NCBI GenBank assembly: GCA_003223165.1
Contig: QHXZ01000008.1
Coordinates: 1 to 49,168 of the forward strand
Direction: 5' to 3'
Length of the DNA stretch: 49,168 bases
Source of the DNA: Acidobacteriota bacterium
GTDB taxonomy: Bacteria; Acidobacteriota; Polarisedimenticolia; Gp22-AA2
Shown here: one piece after another, positions 28,730 through 38,656 of the stretch
Layout: each line of letters starts with the position of its first letter
How positions within the stretch are numbered: position 1 is the stretch's first letter
Translations under genes and position numbers: made by a program
The notes under the pieces: model-generated
What the model was told of the DNA's origin: nothing
What the model saw: only the letters and a program-made list of their open reading frames with translations
The model's database searches: none

Positions 28730-31033
28730 TCAGGGACAGGGAGAAACGTTGGGGCGGGCGGCGCCGCTGCTGGCGGCGCCGAGGGTCCCCGCGCCGCCGC
28801 TGTTGCGGCCGGCGACGAGGTAGAAGAACCCGCCTCCGGTGGGCGGGACCGTGGCGTCGACGTCGGCCGGATGCGTCAGCCCTGAGTCCAGGCAGGCGCC
28901 GTAGCTTTCGGCGGCTCCGTCGCCGTTCGTGTCGCGCAGCGTGGCGACGGAGCCGCGGTAGACGTCATAGGTGAGCGCGTCCGCGCGCGGGTCCCAGGCG
29001 AGATCCGTGGCGCCGGTCAGTCGCAGGTTCTGGATCTCGCCGGGAGGGATCACGGCCAGGTCGGGCGAGGTGGCGTCGTACCCCCCCTGAGCGTTGGGGG
29101 TGAAGATCAGGGTCTGGCCGTTCAGGTCGAAGGCGTGCGAGAGGGAAAAGGTCCCTCCGAAGCTCACGGGCTGGGCGAACTCGAAATGCTCGTAGATGGC
29201 CTGCCCGGTGGCGCCGGGGAAGGGGAGCCGCCGGGTGAAGTCGATGGCGGCGGCGGGCTCCTGGCCGCTGCCGCCGGGGCTCAGCCCGGTGACCCCCCAC
29301 CAGGCCGACCAGAAACGGTACTGGATCTCGATCCGGCCGCTCCCGAACAGTCGGATGATCGCCGTGCAGCTCTTGGTCGTGGTGGTGACCGGAACCCCCT
29401 GGTAGAGGATCTCCTCGCGGTCCCCCTGGGCGTCCGAGACGAAGCGCGCGAAGACATCCAGCGGGCCGCCTCGCCCTCCCTTGTTGTCGATCCCCGGATT
29501 CAGGTTGGTCATCAGGGCGGCGATGCGGGGCGGCACGGCGCCGCCGCTGTTGATGTCGGGCCCCAGAAAGTTGCGGCTGTCGGGGCTGGCCGAGGGAGTC
29601 CCGAAGGTCAGGTTGCCGTTGCTCTGCACGTAGACGTTGCTCCAGGTCTGGCCGTAGAAGGGGAACGAGAAGCCGGCCGGGAAGGCGACCAGGACCGCGT
29701 CGCTGTTCACCAGGTTCAGGGCCGTCGCACCGGCGGGCACCGGCGGGTCGTCCGTGTCGATGATGATCGGCGCCGTGGTGCTTGTCGTCCCCGCTGTCAC
29801 GGTGACGGGGTCGGGGACCTCGAGATCGTCCGTGCTGGTCTCCAGCGCGCTCAGGAACTCCGCCCGGACGGCGGGGGGATTGCTTCCTCCGGTCACATTG
29901 CTGTTCAGGACCGTGAGGTTGTAACGCTGCGGGTCCCACCAGGAATCGATCGCGGTCGCGCTGCTGCCGGGGTGGTCGAAGTACTCCACGCCGACGTCGT
30001 AGGTCCCGGGGGGGAGTCCGTCGATCCGGAACGACCCCGGCGGCTCCCCGGTCGCCGTGAAGCGCGAGACCGAGAAGACCTGCACCGTCATCTCGCCCGT
30101 GGCGCGGTTGAAGGCGGTGACGCTGGCGCCGTCGGCGGGCGTGGTGCCGCCCGGCAGGAAGAGCCGTCCGGCGATCGCCCCGTAGGCCGCGGCGGCCGAG
30201 GGGTCGGGGTAGTAGCGCGAGGTGGAGGCGATGTCGTCCTGCGACAGCGTCCTGAAGGTGTTGCCGAACTCGGCCGAGTTGTCCACGAACGGGAACATGG
30301 TGGCCACGGGCTCGATCAGCGACGAGTGGGCGAGCCCGTGAAAGTGCCCCAGCTCGTGCGTCCCGACCGCGCCCACGTCGAAGGTGTTGGTGGTGGTGTC
30401 GAGAGGCTCATCGACGAAGTCGTTCCCCCCCGGGCACCAGGCCACGTCGGCGTCGATGATCGTGCCCGCCGGAAGGAGCGTGCCGTCGGGGTAGACCACC
30501 GGGTCGATGTCGATGATGCCGTCGGCGTTGACGTCCCGGTTGGCGCCCGAGACCGTGAGCGGGGCCGCGAGATGCGTGTTCGGGGTGACGGCGATGACGC
30601 CCGACGGGCAGTTGAGCGGGTTGGTGTCGGCCCAGGTGATCAGATGGACGTTGTCGGTGCCGATGTTGGTCAGCGCGCTGGTGCCGGCGAAGGTGAAGGC
30701 GACCGTCGAGGTGGGGACGCTCTGCCAGGTGTTCAACGCGGCGGTCAGGACATCGATCGCCCGCTGCAGGGTCAGCGGCGAGGCACCCGCGACGCAGGTG
30801 GGGTTGCCGTTGTTGCAATTGTTGATCGCTCCCTGATCGTTGATCCGCCAGGGGATCGGCAGGGCGCGCGCGTTCCAGGCGGCGTTCGCGATGGCGGTGC
30901 CACCGTTGACCACCGCCTCCAGGTTGCCTCCGGCACGCGCCGGCGGAGCCTGGCCGGCCGCGAGGAGCAGGGCGAGGACGAGCGCGACGGCGGCCGCCGG
31001 GCGCGGCCGCGGCGGGCGCGGTCGGAGCTTCAC
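28730..31033 (-). CDS. Secreted multidomain zinc metalloprotease (metzincin, matrixin-like catalytic domain)
   Basis: GTG 31033 gives VKLRPRPPRPRPAAAVALVLALLLAAGQAPPARA, a signal peptide. The zinc site is HELGHFHGLAHS (HExxHxxGxxH) followed by a Met-turn candidate, ATMFP. About 450 further residues of beta-rich domains follow. GTGA overlap with the upstream gene. Confidence 0.75.
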   Translation of the reverse strand: MKLRPRPPRPRPAAAVALVLALLLAAGQAPPARAGGNLEAVVNGGTAIANAAWNARALPIPWRINDQGAINNCNNGNPTCVAGASPLTLQRAIDVLTAALNTWQSVPTSTVAFTFAGTSALTNIGTDNVHLITWADTNPLNCPSGVIAVTPNTHLAAPLTVSGANRDVNADGIIDIDPVVYPDGTLLPAGTIIDADVAWCPGGNDFVDEPLDTTTNTFDVGAVGTHELGHFHGLAHSSLIEPVATMFPFVDNSAEFGNTFRTLSQDDIASTSRYYPDPSAAAAYGAIAGRLFLPGGTTPADGASVTAFNRATGEMTVQVFSVSRFTATGEPPGSFRIDGLPPGTYDVGVEYFDHPGSSATAIDSWWDPQRYNLTVLNSNVTGGSNPPAVRAEFLSALETSTDDLEVPDPVTVTAGTTSTTAPIIIDTDDPPVPAGATALNLVNSDAVLVAFPAGFSFPFYGQTWSNVYVQSNGNLTFGTPSASPDSRNFLGPDINSGGAVPPRIAALMTNLNPGIDNKGGRGGPLDVFARFVSDAQGDREEILYQGVPVTTTTKSCTAIIRLFGSGRIEIQYRFWSAWWGVTGLSPGGSGQEPAAAIDFTRRLPFPGATGQAIYEHFEFAQPVSFGGTFSLSHAFDLNGQTLIFTPNAQGGYDATSPDLAVIPPGEIQNLRLTGATDLAWDPRADALTYDVYRGSVATLRDTNGDGAAESYGACLDSGLTHPADVDATVPPTGGGFFYLVAGRNSGGAGTLGAASSGAARPNVSPCP

Positions 31034-31596
31034 GGGCGGGTCCCGGGAGCGGAGGCGCCTGGGCCCTGGCCGGCGACCAGGCGGCGGATCTCTTCGGCGA
31101 AGTCGGAGGGCGCCCGGCGCTCTTCGTCGAACGGCACGTAGTCGCCCGCCTGGTCGTGCAGGACCGGGACGCGGCCGCGCCACAGCCCGACGATCATCTT
31201 GTGCCCGGGCGATCCGGGCTCGAGGAAGTAGAACCCCCGCTCGCCGATCCGGTGCAGAGGCGCACCCGGCACGGTCACCTCGATCGGCACCGGCGCCTCG
31301 ACCCGGCCGCCGACTTGAAGAAACGTGAGCCTGGCGCCGCCGCTCCCTTTGAGCGATTGGGACACGGCGAGGGTGACCTCGGTCAGGATCTGCCTGCCCT
31401 GCCAGAACGAGCGGACCCCCTCCACGCGCCCCTGGACGATCGTGTCCGAGGCGTCGACCATCTGTCGCAGGGTGACCTTCCTGATGGAGGTGGCGGAAAC
31501 GTCGCCGGAGGGGATCGAGGCGAGGAGCGCCAGGGCGGCCAGGACCACGGAGCTCGATCGGGTCCGGCGCGGGACCGGCGGCCGTGCGGGGGTCAT
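31030..31596 (-). CDS. Hypothetical secreted protein (188 aa)
   Basis: ATG 31596 is preceded by aggaggag. The signal-like N-terminus is MTPARPPVPRRTRSSSVVLAALALLASIPSG. No family was recognised. It is translationally coupled to the metzincin. Confidence 0.6.
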   Translation of the reverse strand: MTPARPPVPRRTRSSSVVLAALALLASIPSGDVSATSIRKVTLRQMVDASDTIVQGRVEGVRSFWQGRQILTEVTLAVSQSLKGSGGARLTFLQVGGRVEAPVPIEVTVPGAPLHRIGERGFYFLEPGSPGHKMIVGLWRGRVPVLHDQAGDYVPFDEERRAPSDFAEEIRRLVAGQGPGASAPGTRP

Positions 31597-31627
31597 CAGT
31601 CGGTCGCTCCTCCTCTGGAACCCACTA

Positions 31628-31656
31628 CATATACGGGCAAGGGCCTTGCGGGTCAA
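31628..31656 (-). promoter_or_regulatory. Near-consensus sigma70 promoter for the hypothetical/metzincin pair
   Basis: On the minus strand: TTGACC (31656-31651), 17 nt, then TATATG (31633-31628). Confidence 0.5.
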
Positions 31657-31960
31657 TGACATTCGGGGAGCCGCGGGGTCGCCCTGGCACGGCCCGGGAG
31701 GCATCCGCTCCGGCGCCGTTTCCTTGACCCCCCAGGAGGCCCGTGGTAGCCTGTCCCGCCCTGGGACGCACCACCCGCTCCCAGGGTGAGCTTCCGTGCT
31801 CCCGCGGGCCCTGAGGAGACGCGAGGCCCCCGGTCCCGCGGCTTCGATTCATCTGAACTCCGGCCCATTCCCCTCGATCGGCTCGCACTGCGGGACCGCG
31901 CGGGGGCGCCAATCGGTTGAACGTTCGGCTGTCATCCACATTTCCAGGGAGGAACGCCCG

Positions 31961-32488
31961 ATGACGATGAGACACCGGCGCGCGCTGCCGCTTCTCCTGC
32001 TCTTGCTCGTCTGCCTGTCGACCCCGGCCCTGGCGCAAGGCACGTCCAGGACCGGCGGCCCATCGCCGCACCTCGGATGGAACGGCTGGGGGGCCCGGGT
32101 GGGGCTCAGCAGCAGCCCCGACCAGGTCTACGGCGGCGTGCATTTCGACCTGGGCGAGTTCGCGCGGAACGTCCGCTTCAGGCCGTACGTCGAGATCGGA
32201 ACTGGGGATCACGCCACCACCCTGCAGGGGATCGCCGAGGTGACCTACCTCTTCTCCAAGGTACAGGTCTGGAAGCCGTATGTCGGCGGCGGCACGGGAT
32301 TCACCTACGTGCACATCGACAACGCTCCCTCGGGGGTGGACAACTCCGACACGGCCGTCGCCCTGATGGGGGTCGGAGGGGTCGAGACCAGGCTGAAGTC
32401 GGGCACCAAGTTCTTTGCGGAGCTGAAGGTCGGCCTGGGCGACGACGACGCGGACTACAAGATCGGGGTCGGCTGGAGCTGGAAGTAG
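31961..32488 (+). CDS. Small outer-membrane beta-barrel protein (OmpW/OmpA-N-like, 175 aa)
   Basis: ATG 31961 follows agggagga. The signal peptide is MTMRHRRALPLLLLLLVCLSTPALA. Alternating hydrophobic beta-strand patterns are present (VYGGVHFDL, YVGGGTGFTYV, FFAELKVGL, IGVGWSW). Confidence 0.6.
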   Translation: MTMRHRRALPLLLLLLVCLSTPALAQGTSRTGGPSPHLGWNGWGARVGLSSSPDQVYGGVHFDLGEFARNVRFRPYVEIGTGDHATTLQGIAEVTYLFSKVQVWKPYVGGGTGFTYVHIDNAPSGVDNSDTAVALMGVGGVETRLKSGTKFFAELKVGLGDDDADYKIGVGWSWK

Positions 32489-32525
32489 GCCGGTCCTCGC
32501 CGCGGCCTGGCGCCGGGGCGCGGCC

Positions 32526-33431
32526 TCAGCGCGGCCCGGCCGGAGCGGGCGCGGCGTCATCGCCCGGCGCGAGGAGGGCGCGCGGCTGCGGCTCGGGCGG
32601 GGCGGGGGGGCGCGGGAGCGGCGCGAAGCCGCTGCGCTGCCTCACCGAGCGCACGTCGAAGTGGTGGAAGAGGAACGACGTGCCCCGGGCCTGGTAGGCC
32701 ACGCGCGTGATCGCGAAGGCACCCGGCTCGAGCGGCTGGCGGTCCAGCTCGAGGTCGAAGCCGTCCACCTTTCCGAGAAGACCGAAACCGAAGCTCACCG
32801 GCTCCTCGAGGTAGCCGCGCACCCGGACCAGGTCGTGGGCCTCCTCGTCCACCCAGAGCGTTCCGGCCAGGCGTCCCAGGATCCGGCCGGAGCGCGAGTC
32901 GTCCTGCAGGCAGCCCGCGATCGGGGTGAAGGCGATGCGCAACGCCGGCCTCCCCTCCACCCGCTCCTGTCCCATGGGGTAGAAGTGGAAGCAGGGGATC
33001 AGCTGCTCCATCGCGAACGGACCCTCCTTGGCCTCCTGCAGCGGCGCGGGGGTGGCGCCGAAGCGCGACTCCTCGCTTCTCATGATGGCGAAGCCGTCGG
33101 AGTCCTGCTCCAGGTCGTCGGCCAGGCGCCGCTTGAGGCGCCGGCCGTCCCGGTAGGTGATCTCGTTCACTTCGGTGACGCTCGAGCGCAGCGTGCCGTC
33201 GGCGGCGCGCTTCTCGAGCACCGTCGACTCGACGTAGCTGTAGCGGCGGATCGCCTCACCGTCCAGCTTCAGCTTCTCCTCCAGCCGCTTCACGAGGTCC
33301 CGCTGCTGCGCGGCTCCGGCCGCCGGGTCGTCCGCCGGGATGGCCGGCGCGCTCCAGGCCCCCGGGCCTCCGGATGTCGCCAGCAGCAGGAGGGCCGCCC
33401 GCGCGGCGCGGCGCAGATCGCTCATGTGCAT
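32526..33431 (-). CDS. Hypothetical secreted protein (301 aa)
   Basis: MHMSDLRRAARAALLLLATSGGPGAWS is signal-like. No motif was recognised. A LolA-like or lipoprotein-sorting fold is only a guess. The start is 33431 or 33425. The 528-aa ORF upstream extension overlaps the divergent rhomboid region and was discarded. Confidence 0.5.
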   Translation of the reverse strand: MHMSDLRRAARAALLLLATSGGPGAWSAPAIPADDPAAGAAQQRDLVKRLEEKLKLDGEAIRRYSYVESTVLEKRAADGTLRSSVTEVNEITYRDGRRLKRRLADDLEQDSDGFAIMRSEESRFGATPAPLQEAKEGPFAMEQLIPCFHFYPMGQERVEGRPALRIAFTPIAGCLQDDSRSGRILGRLAGTLWVDEEAHDLVRVRGYLEEPVSFGFGLLGKVDGFDLELDRQPLEPGAFAITRVAYQARGTSFLFHHFDVRSVRQRSGFAPLPRPPAPPEPQPRALLAPGDDAAPAPAGPR

Positions 33432-33618
33432 CGTATGCCGCGAAGAGATGCGCGGTGCAAGGCCGAACCCGCGCGGGGGAGCACTTTCGTCGGATGGGTT
33501 GCAGAAGCGTGATCGAGGGGCCACACGGAGGTCGCTCGTGGGAGGGCCTGCGAACGGGGAGGCCCGCCGCCCCGGGAGCCGACCTCTATCATACTCGTGT
33601 TCCGGGGAGGATCGGCCC

Positions 33619-34623
33619 TTGAGGCTCTGGGGAAGGGTCCTGTCGGCGGCGCTCGACGGCGCGATAGCCGTGCTCGCCGCCCTGGGGGCGCGAGGCTCCC
33701 GCTGGGAGTGGCAGAAGCAGACCTGGCGGCGCGCGCTCCAGGAGCGTCTCGCCGCCTGGGAGAACCTCGAGCGCGGGGTGCGCTCCCGCACCCGCATGTG
33801 CCGCGAGTGCCGCACCCTGGTGCAGAGAAGCGCCTCCGTCTGCCCCGCCTGCGGCGCCTCGATGCGGGGGATTCCCAAAGGCGGCCTGGCGCGCCTGCTC
33901 GGGTTCGCGCTCCCGGGGCGCACCAGCGTGACGACCCTCCTGCTGAGCGCCAACGTTCTGATGTGCATCGTGGCCCTGGCGATCGGGGGGCTCGGGCCGC
34001 AAGGTAACCCGCTGCGCATGCTGTCGCCGCCGGGGGAAGTCCTCTTTCTCCTCGGGGAGAAGTGGACACCGGCGATCCTGCACGGGCAGGTCTGGCGGCT
34101 CGTGACCGCCAACTACCTGCACGTCGGGCTGCTGCACCTGGTCTTCAACGGCTACGCCCTGATGAGCCTCGGACCGCTCATCGAGGAATCGTTCGGGGCG
34201 CGCAAGTTCTTCCTCCTCTATACCGTCACCGGCGTGTGCGCGTTCGCCACCAGCGCCGCGCTGCACCCCGGCGTCCCGAGCGCGGGCGCCTCGGGAGCGC
34301 TCTTCGGCCTGATCGGCTTCGCCTTCGTCTACGGGCGCCTGCGCGGGGGGGCGGCGGGGCGCGCCATCGCCGACCAGCTGCTGCGCTACATCATCCTGGG
34401 GGCGGTCATGTTCCTGATCCCGGGAATCGACAGCATGGCGCACCTGGGCGGGCTGGTGTCGGGCGCCCTCTCCGGCCTGTTCCTCGAGACCGGAGAGCCG
34501 CGCACGCGCGCCGGGGAAATGGCGCTGCGCCTGGCGACGGCCCTGGTCGTGCTGGCGACCCTCGGTTCGTTCGCCGCCATGGCCTTTTCGTACCAGGCCA
34601 ACGCCGCCGCGATCGGGGGATAG
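33619..34623 (+). CDS. Rhomboid family intramembrane serine protease with an N-terminal zinc-ribbon
   Basis: The catalytic GASGALFGL (GxSG) and AHLGG (His) are present, as is WRLVTANYLHVGLLHLVFN. The zinc ribbon is CRECRTLVQRSASVCPACG. The proposed TTG start at 33619 lies 7 nt after ggggagga. The start is uncertain. Confidence 0.75.
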   Translation: MRLWGRVLSAALDGAIAVLAALGARGSRWEWQKQTWRRALQERLAAWENLERGVRSRTRMCRECRTLVQRSASVCPACGASMRGIPKGGLARLLGFALPGRTSVTTLLLSANVLMCIVALAIGGLGPQGNPLRMLSPPGEVLFLLGEKWTPAILHGQVWRLVTANYLHVGLLHLVFNGYALMSLGPLIEESFGARKFFLLYTVTGVCAFATSAALHPGVPSAGASGALFGLIGFAFVYGRLRGGAAGRAIADQLLRYIILGAVMFLIPGIDSMAHLGGLVSGALSGLFLETGEPRTRAGEMALRLATALVVLATLGSFAAMAFSYQANAAAIGG

Positions 34624-34629
34624 CAGGAG

Positions 34630-34705
34630 TGGTGCCGCGGGACGGAATTGAACCGCCGACGCAGGGATTTTCAGTCCCTCGCTCTACCGACTGAGCTACC
34701 GCGGC
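34630..34705 (-). tRNA. tRNA-Phe (anticodon GAA), CCA encoded
   Basis: The reverse complement reads GCCGCGG-TA-GCTC-AGTCGGTA-GAGC-G-AGGGA-CTGAAAA-TCCCT-GCGTC-GGCGG-TTCAATT-CCGTC-CCGCGGC-A-CCA. This is a full cloverleaf of 76 nt. Confidence 0.93.
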
Positions 34706-34733
34706 ACCCGGGCGGGATGGTGCGAAGCCGGGG

Positions 34734-34763
34734 ATGGTAGCAACCGGCCCCGCGGAGTGTCAA
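34734..34763 (-). promoter_or_regulatory. Possible promoter for tRNA-Phe
   Basis: On the minus strand: TTGACA (34763-34758), 18 nt, then TACCAT (34739-34734), about 28 nt upstream of the mature tRNA 5' end. Confidence 0.4.
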
Positions 34764-34780
34764 GGTTGCGGGTGTCCGGC

Positions 34781-35947
<1,167 letters not shown>

Positions 35948-36002
35948 CGGGTCGGTTCCTTCCTGTGAGCGGGGTTTCGGCGTCTCCGGGGGAAGCGCGG
36001 CC

Positions 36003-36031
36003 ATCTTAGGACAATCCTCCGGGGGTGTCAA
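36003..36031 (-). promoter_or_regulatory. Near-consensus sigma70 promoter for recA
   Basis: On the minus strand: TTGACA (36031-36026), exactly 17 nt, then TAAGAT (36008-36003). Confidence 0.6.
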
Positions 36032-36278
36032 CGCGCGGCGGCCGGGCGGGCCCACCCCGCCGCCCGCCCGGCCACCCCTTCGCAAGGCACGCGCCAGCCC
36101 GCCGGGACCACGGCGCCCCTCGGAGCCGGTGGGCGGGCGGGGGGCGGGGGCTGTCCACGGAGCGACACGTCGGACGGCCAGCGGCCGCAGGCGGCCGCTG
36201 GGGCGGTTCGTGTGCAGGATCGCGACGGGGCGCCCTCCGGAACCCCATGGAGCGCAAGGAGATTGTCAGAACTCCGCC

Positions 36279-36307
36279 TTGACAGTCCCGGGGGCGCCCA
36301 CTATATT
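36279..36307 (+). promoter_or_regulatory. Near-consensus sigma70 promoter for the MltD-like gene
   Basis: TTGACA (36279-36284), exactly 17 nt, then TATATT (36302-36307). Confidence 0.6.
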
Positions 36308-36346
36308 GGCACGGCGACGGCGTCCCGTGGGACGCCGGCTTTTGTT

Positions 36347-38581
36347 ATGAGACACGCAAACCGCGTCCTTCCGCGCATCACCCTGGCCCTGCCGCTGCTC
36401 CTGATGGCGGTCACGGTGGCCTGCGCCAGCGCCCCCACGGCCCGGCCCGCGGCCTCCCCCGATTCCTCCGGCGGCCCGGAGGCCGGGAACGGCCCGATCC
36501 CGCCCCACGAGGGCGTCACCCACGACGCCGCGGATCAGCCGGGCGCGGGAGAGGCGCCGGGTGCCGTGGTCCAGACCGCCCGGGCGGCCTCCGAGGCCCA
36601 GGGATCCCCCGTCCAGGCGACCTTGCGCGAGAAGACGCCCGATCGGACCCGCCGCGAGGCCCTGCCCGACGGGGTGCGCGAGGTGCGCGACCAGATGGAA
36701 GAGGCCTACCAGGCGGGCCTCGAGGCGTACCAGGCCGGGCGCTTCGACGAGGCGAAGGAGCATTTCGATCGCGCCGTCGACATCGTCATCAGCAGCGACA
36801 TCGATCTGGCAGAGCAGCCGGCGCTCAAGAAGGCCTTCGACGACATGGTGCGGGACATCTCGGACATGGACGCCGAGCTGTACAGCCGCGACGCCACCAC
36901 GGAGGACAAGGAGAACCAGTCTCCGCTGGACGAGCTGAAGGACATCACCAACTACCTGTCACCCGAGGAGGCCGAGAAGGAGCGCCAGAAGATCCAGCAG
37001 GTCGTGGGGCAGATCTCCTACGACATCCCGGTCACCCTCAACCACATGGTCCTGCAGTTCATCGAGGCGTTCCAGACGCGCATCCGCGAGGAGTTCGAGC
37101 CCGGGCTCAAGCGCTCGGGGGCCTACCTGCCGACGATCAAGGAGATCTTCCGCAAGGAGGGGCTGCCGGAGGACTTGGCCTACATGGCGCACCAGGAGTC
37201 GGCCTTCAAGCTGAACGCCTACTCGCGCTCGCGGGCCAAGGGAATGTGGCAGTTCATGTCCTTCACGGGACGCAAGTACGGTCTCAAGACCGACCTCTGG
37301 GTGGACGAGCGCTCCGACTTCGAGAAAGCGACCCGCGCCGCGGCGGCCTACCTGAAGGACCTGCACGGGCGCTACGGCGACTGGTACCTCGCGATGGCCG
37401 CCTACAACGCGGGCGAGGGAAAGATCGACCGCGCCTGTGCCCGGGCCCGGAGCAAGGATTTCTGGGCCCTCACCAGGACCAAGTACATCCGGCGCGAGAC
37501 CAAGTACTACGTCCCCGCCATCCTGGCCTCGATCCTGATCGACAAGTCCCCCGAGGACTACGGCTTCAACGTGGAACCGGATCCCGAGCTGAAGTGGGAC
37601 ACGGCCGATCTGGACAAGGCGACCGACCTGCAGGTCATCGCCGACGCCACGGGGGCGACCCTGGAGGAGATCCGCGCCCTGAACCCCGAGCTGCGGGGCC
37701 TGATCACCCCTCCCAACGTCGTGACCTACACCGTCCGGGTGCCGGAGGGGACCCGGCGCGACCTCCTGGCCAAGCTCGAGGAGCTGCCCGACGACAAGCG
37801 CGTCTCCTGGTCGTTGCACGAGGTGCGGTCGGGGGAGACCTTCTCGAGCCTGGCGCGCAAGTACGGCGTGCCGGTGCGGGCCCTGATCGACGCCAACCCG
37901 CGCTTCGCCGGACAGCGCCTGCGGCGCGGCACCATCCTGAACGTGCCCCTGGCCGGCCGCGCGCCCGCCGCTCCGGCCCTGGCCGACGCCGGCGACGACT
38001 CTCCCAGCTTCGAGCCGGGGGAAAGGGTCGTCCACCGCGTGCGCCGCGGCGAGACGCTGCAGGAGATCGCCGCCAGGTACCGCACCACGGTCGCGAACCT
38101 GAAGCGCTGGAACAGCCTGGCCGGAGCGGTCATCCGGCCGGGACAGCGGCTGACGATTTATTATGGCGAGAAGGGGGACGGGCCGAAGGCCGATCTCGAG
38201 GCCTCGAGCGCCGCGGTGTCGATCGCCGGGGGACGGATCGAGTACCGCGTGCAGCGCGGCGACACGCTGCAGTCGATCGCCCAGAAGTTCAACGCCGCGC
38301 TGGACGACCTTTGCCGCTGGAACAATGTCGCCCCCGACAGCGTCCTGAAACCCGGCGACCGGCTTTACGTCGGCGAGGCCCCCGCGGACTCCTCGGGCGG
38401 AGCGGCCGCCTCGGGCCGCGGCGCGTCCGAGGGCGCGGTGCACCACCGCGTCAAGCGCGGCGAAACGCTGCACCGGATCGCCCGGCTCTACGACGTGTCC
38501 GTGAGCCGGGTGCGCGCCCTCAACAACCTCCGATCTTCGACCATCTACCCCGGCCAGGTCCTGACCATCAGGGTGGATTAG
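36347..38581 (+). CDS. mltD: Membrane-bound lytic murein transglycosylase D-like lipoprotein with four C-terminal LysM domains
   Basis: ATG 36347 gives MRHANRVLPRITLALPLLLMAVTVAC, a lipobox-like sequence. The SLT domain is ...AHQESAFKLNAYSRSRAKGMWQFM...AAYNAGEG. Four LysM repeats are present (HEVRSGETFSSLARKYG, HRVRRGETLQEIAARY, YRVQRGDTLQSIAQKF, HRVKRGETLHRIARLY). Confidence 0.85.
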   Translation: MRHANRVLPRITLALPLLLMAVTVACASAPTARPAASPDSSGGPEAGNGPIPPHEGVTHDAADQPGAGEAPGAVVQTARAASEAQGSPVQATLREKTPDRTRREALPDGVREVRDQMEEAYQAGLEAYQAGRFDEAKEHFDRAVDIVISSDIDLAEQPALKKAFDDMVRDISDMDAELYSRDATTEDKENQSPLDELKDITNYLSPEEAEKERQKIQQVVGQISYDIPVTLNHMVLQFIEAFQTRIREEFEPGLKRSGAYLPTIKEIFRKEGLPEDLAYMAHQESAFKLNAYSRSRAKGMWQFMSFTGRKYGLKTDLWVDERSDFEKATRAAAAYLKDLHGRYGDWYLAMAAYNAGEGKIDRACARARSKDFWALTRTKYIRRETKYYVPAILASILIDKSPEDYGFNVEPDPELKWDTADLDKATDLQVIADATGATLEEIRALNPELRGLITPPNVVTYTVRVPEGTRRDLLAKLEELPDDKRVSWSLHEVRSGETFSSLARKYGVPVRALIDANPRFAGQRLRRGTILNVPLAGRAPAAPALADAGDDSPSFEPGERVVHRVRRGETLQEIAARYRTTVANLKRWNSLAGAVIRPGQRLTIYYGEKGDGPKADLEASSAAVSIAGGRIEYRVQRGDTLQSIAQKFNAALDDLCRWNNVAPDSVLKPGDRLYVGEAPADSSGGAAASGRGASEGAVHHRVKRGETLHRIARLYDVSVSRVRALNNLRSSTIYPGQVLTIRVD

Positions 38582-38627
38582 CCCCGCTCCGGGGCGCCGA
38601 GGCCGCGGCCCCGGCGCTGGCCTTGCA

Positions 38628-38656
38628 GGGAGGCGTCTGCTAAGATGACGCCTCCC
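38628..38656 (+). promoter_or_regulatory. 10-bp perfect hairpin spanning the SD and start codon of the TPR gene
   Basis: gggaggcgtc (38628-38637), a 9-nt loop tgctaagat, then gacgcctccc (38647-38656). The left arm contains the GGGAGG SD-like sequence. ATG 38645 sits at the loop/stem junction. Confidence 0.45.

Noticed and set aside
36178-36201. The hairpin ccagcggccg-cagg-cggccgctgg in the divergent recA/mltD intergenic region.
   Set aside because: It lies upstream of both promoters, so it is not a terminator. It is a short GC-only palindrome of a kind common by chance in this composition, and it has no second copy in the window.
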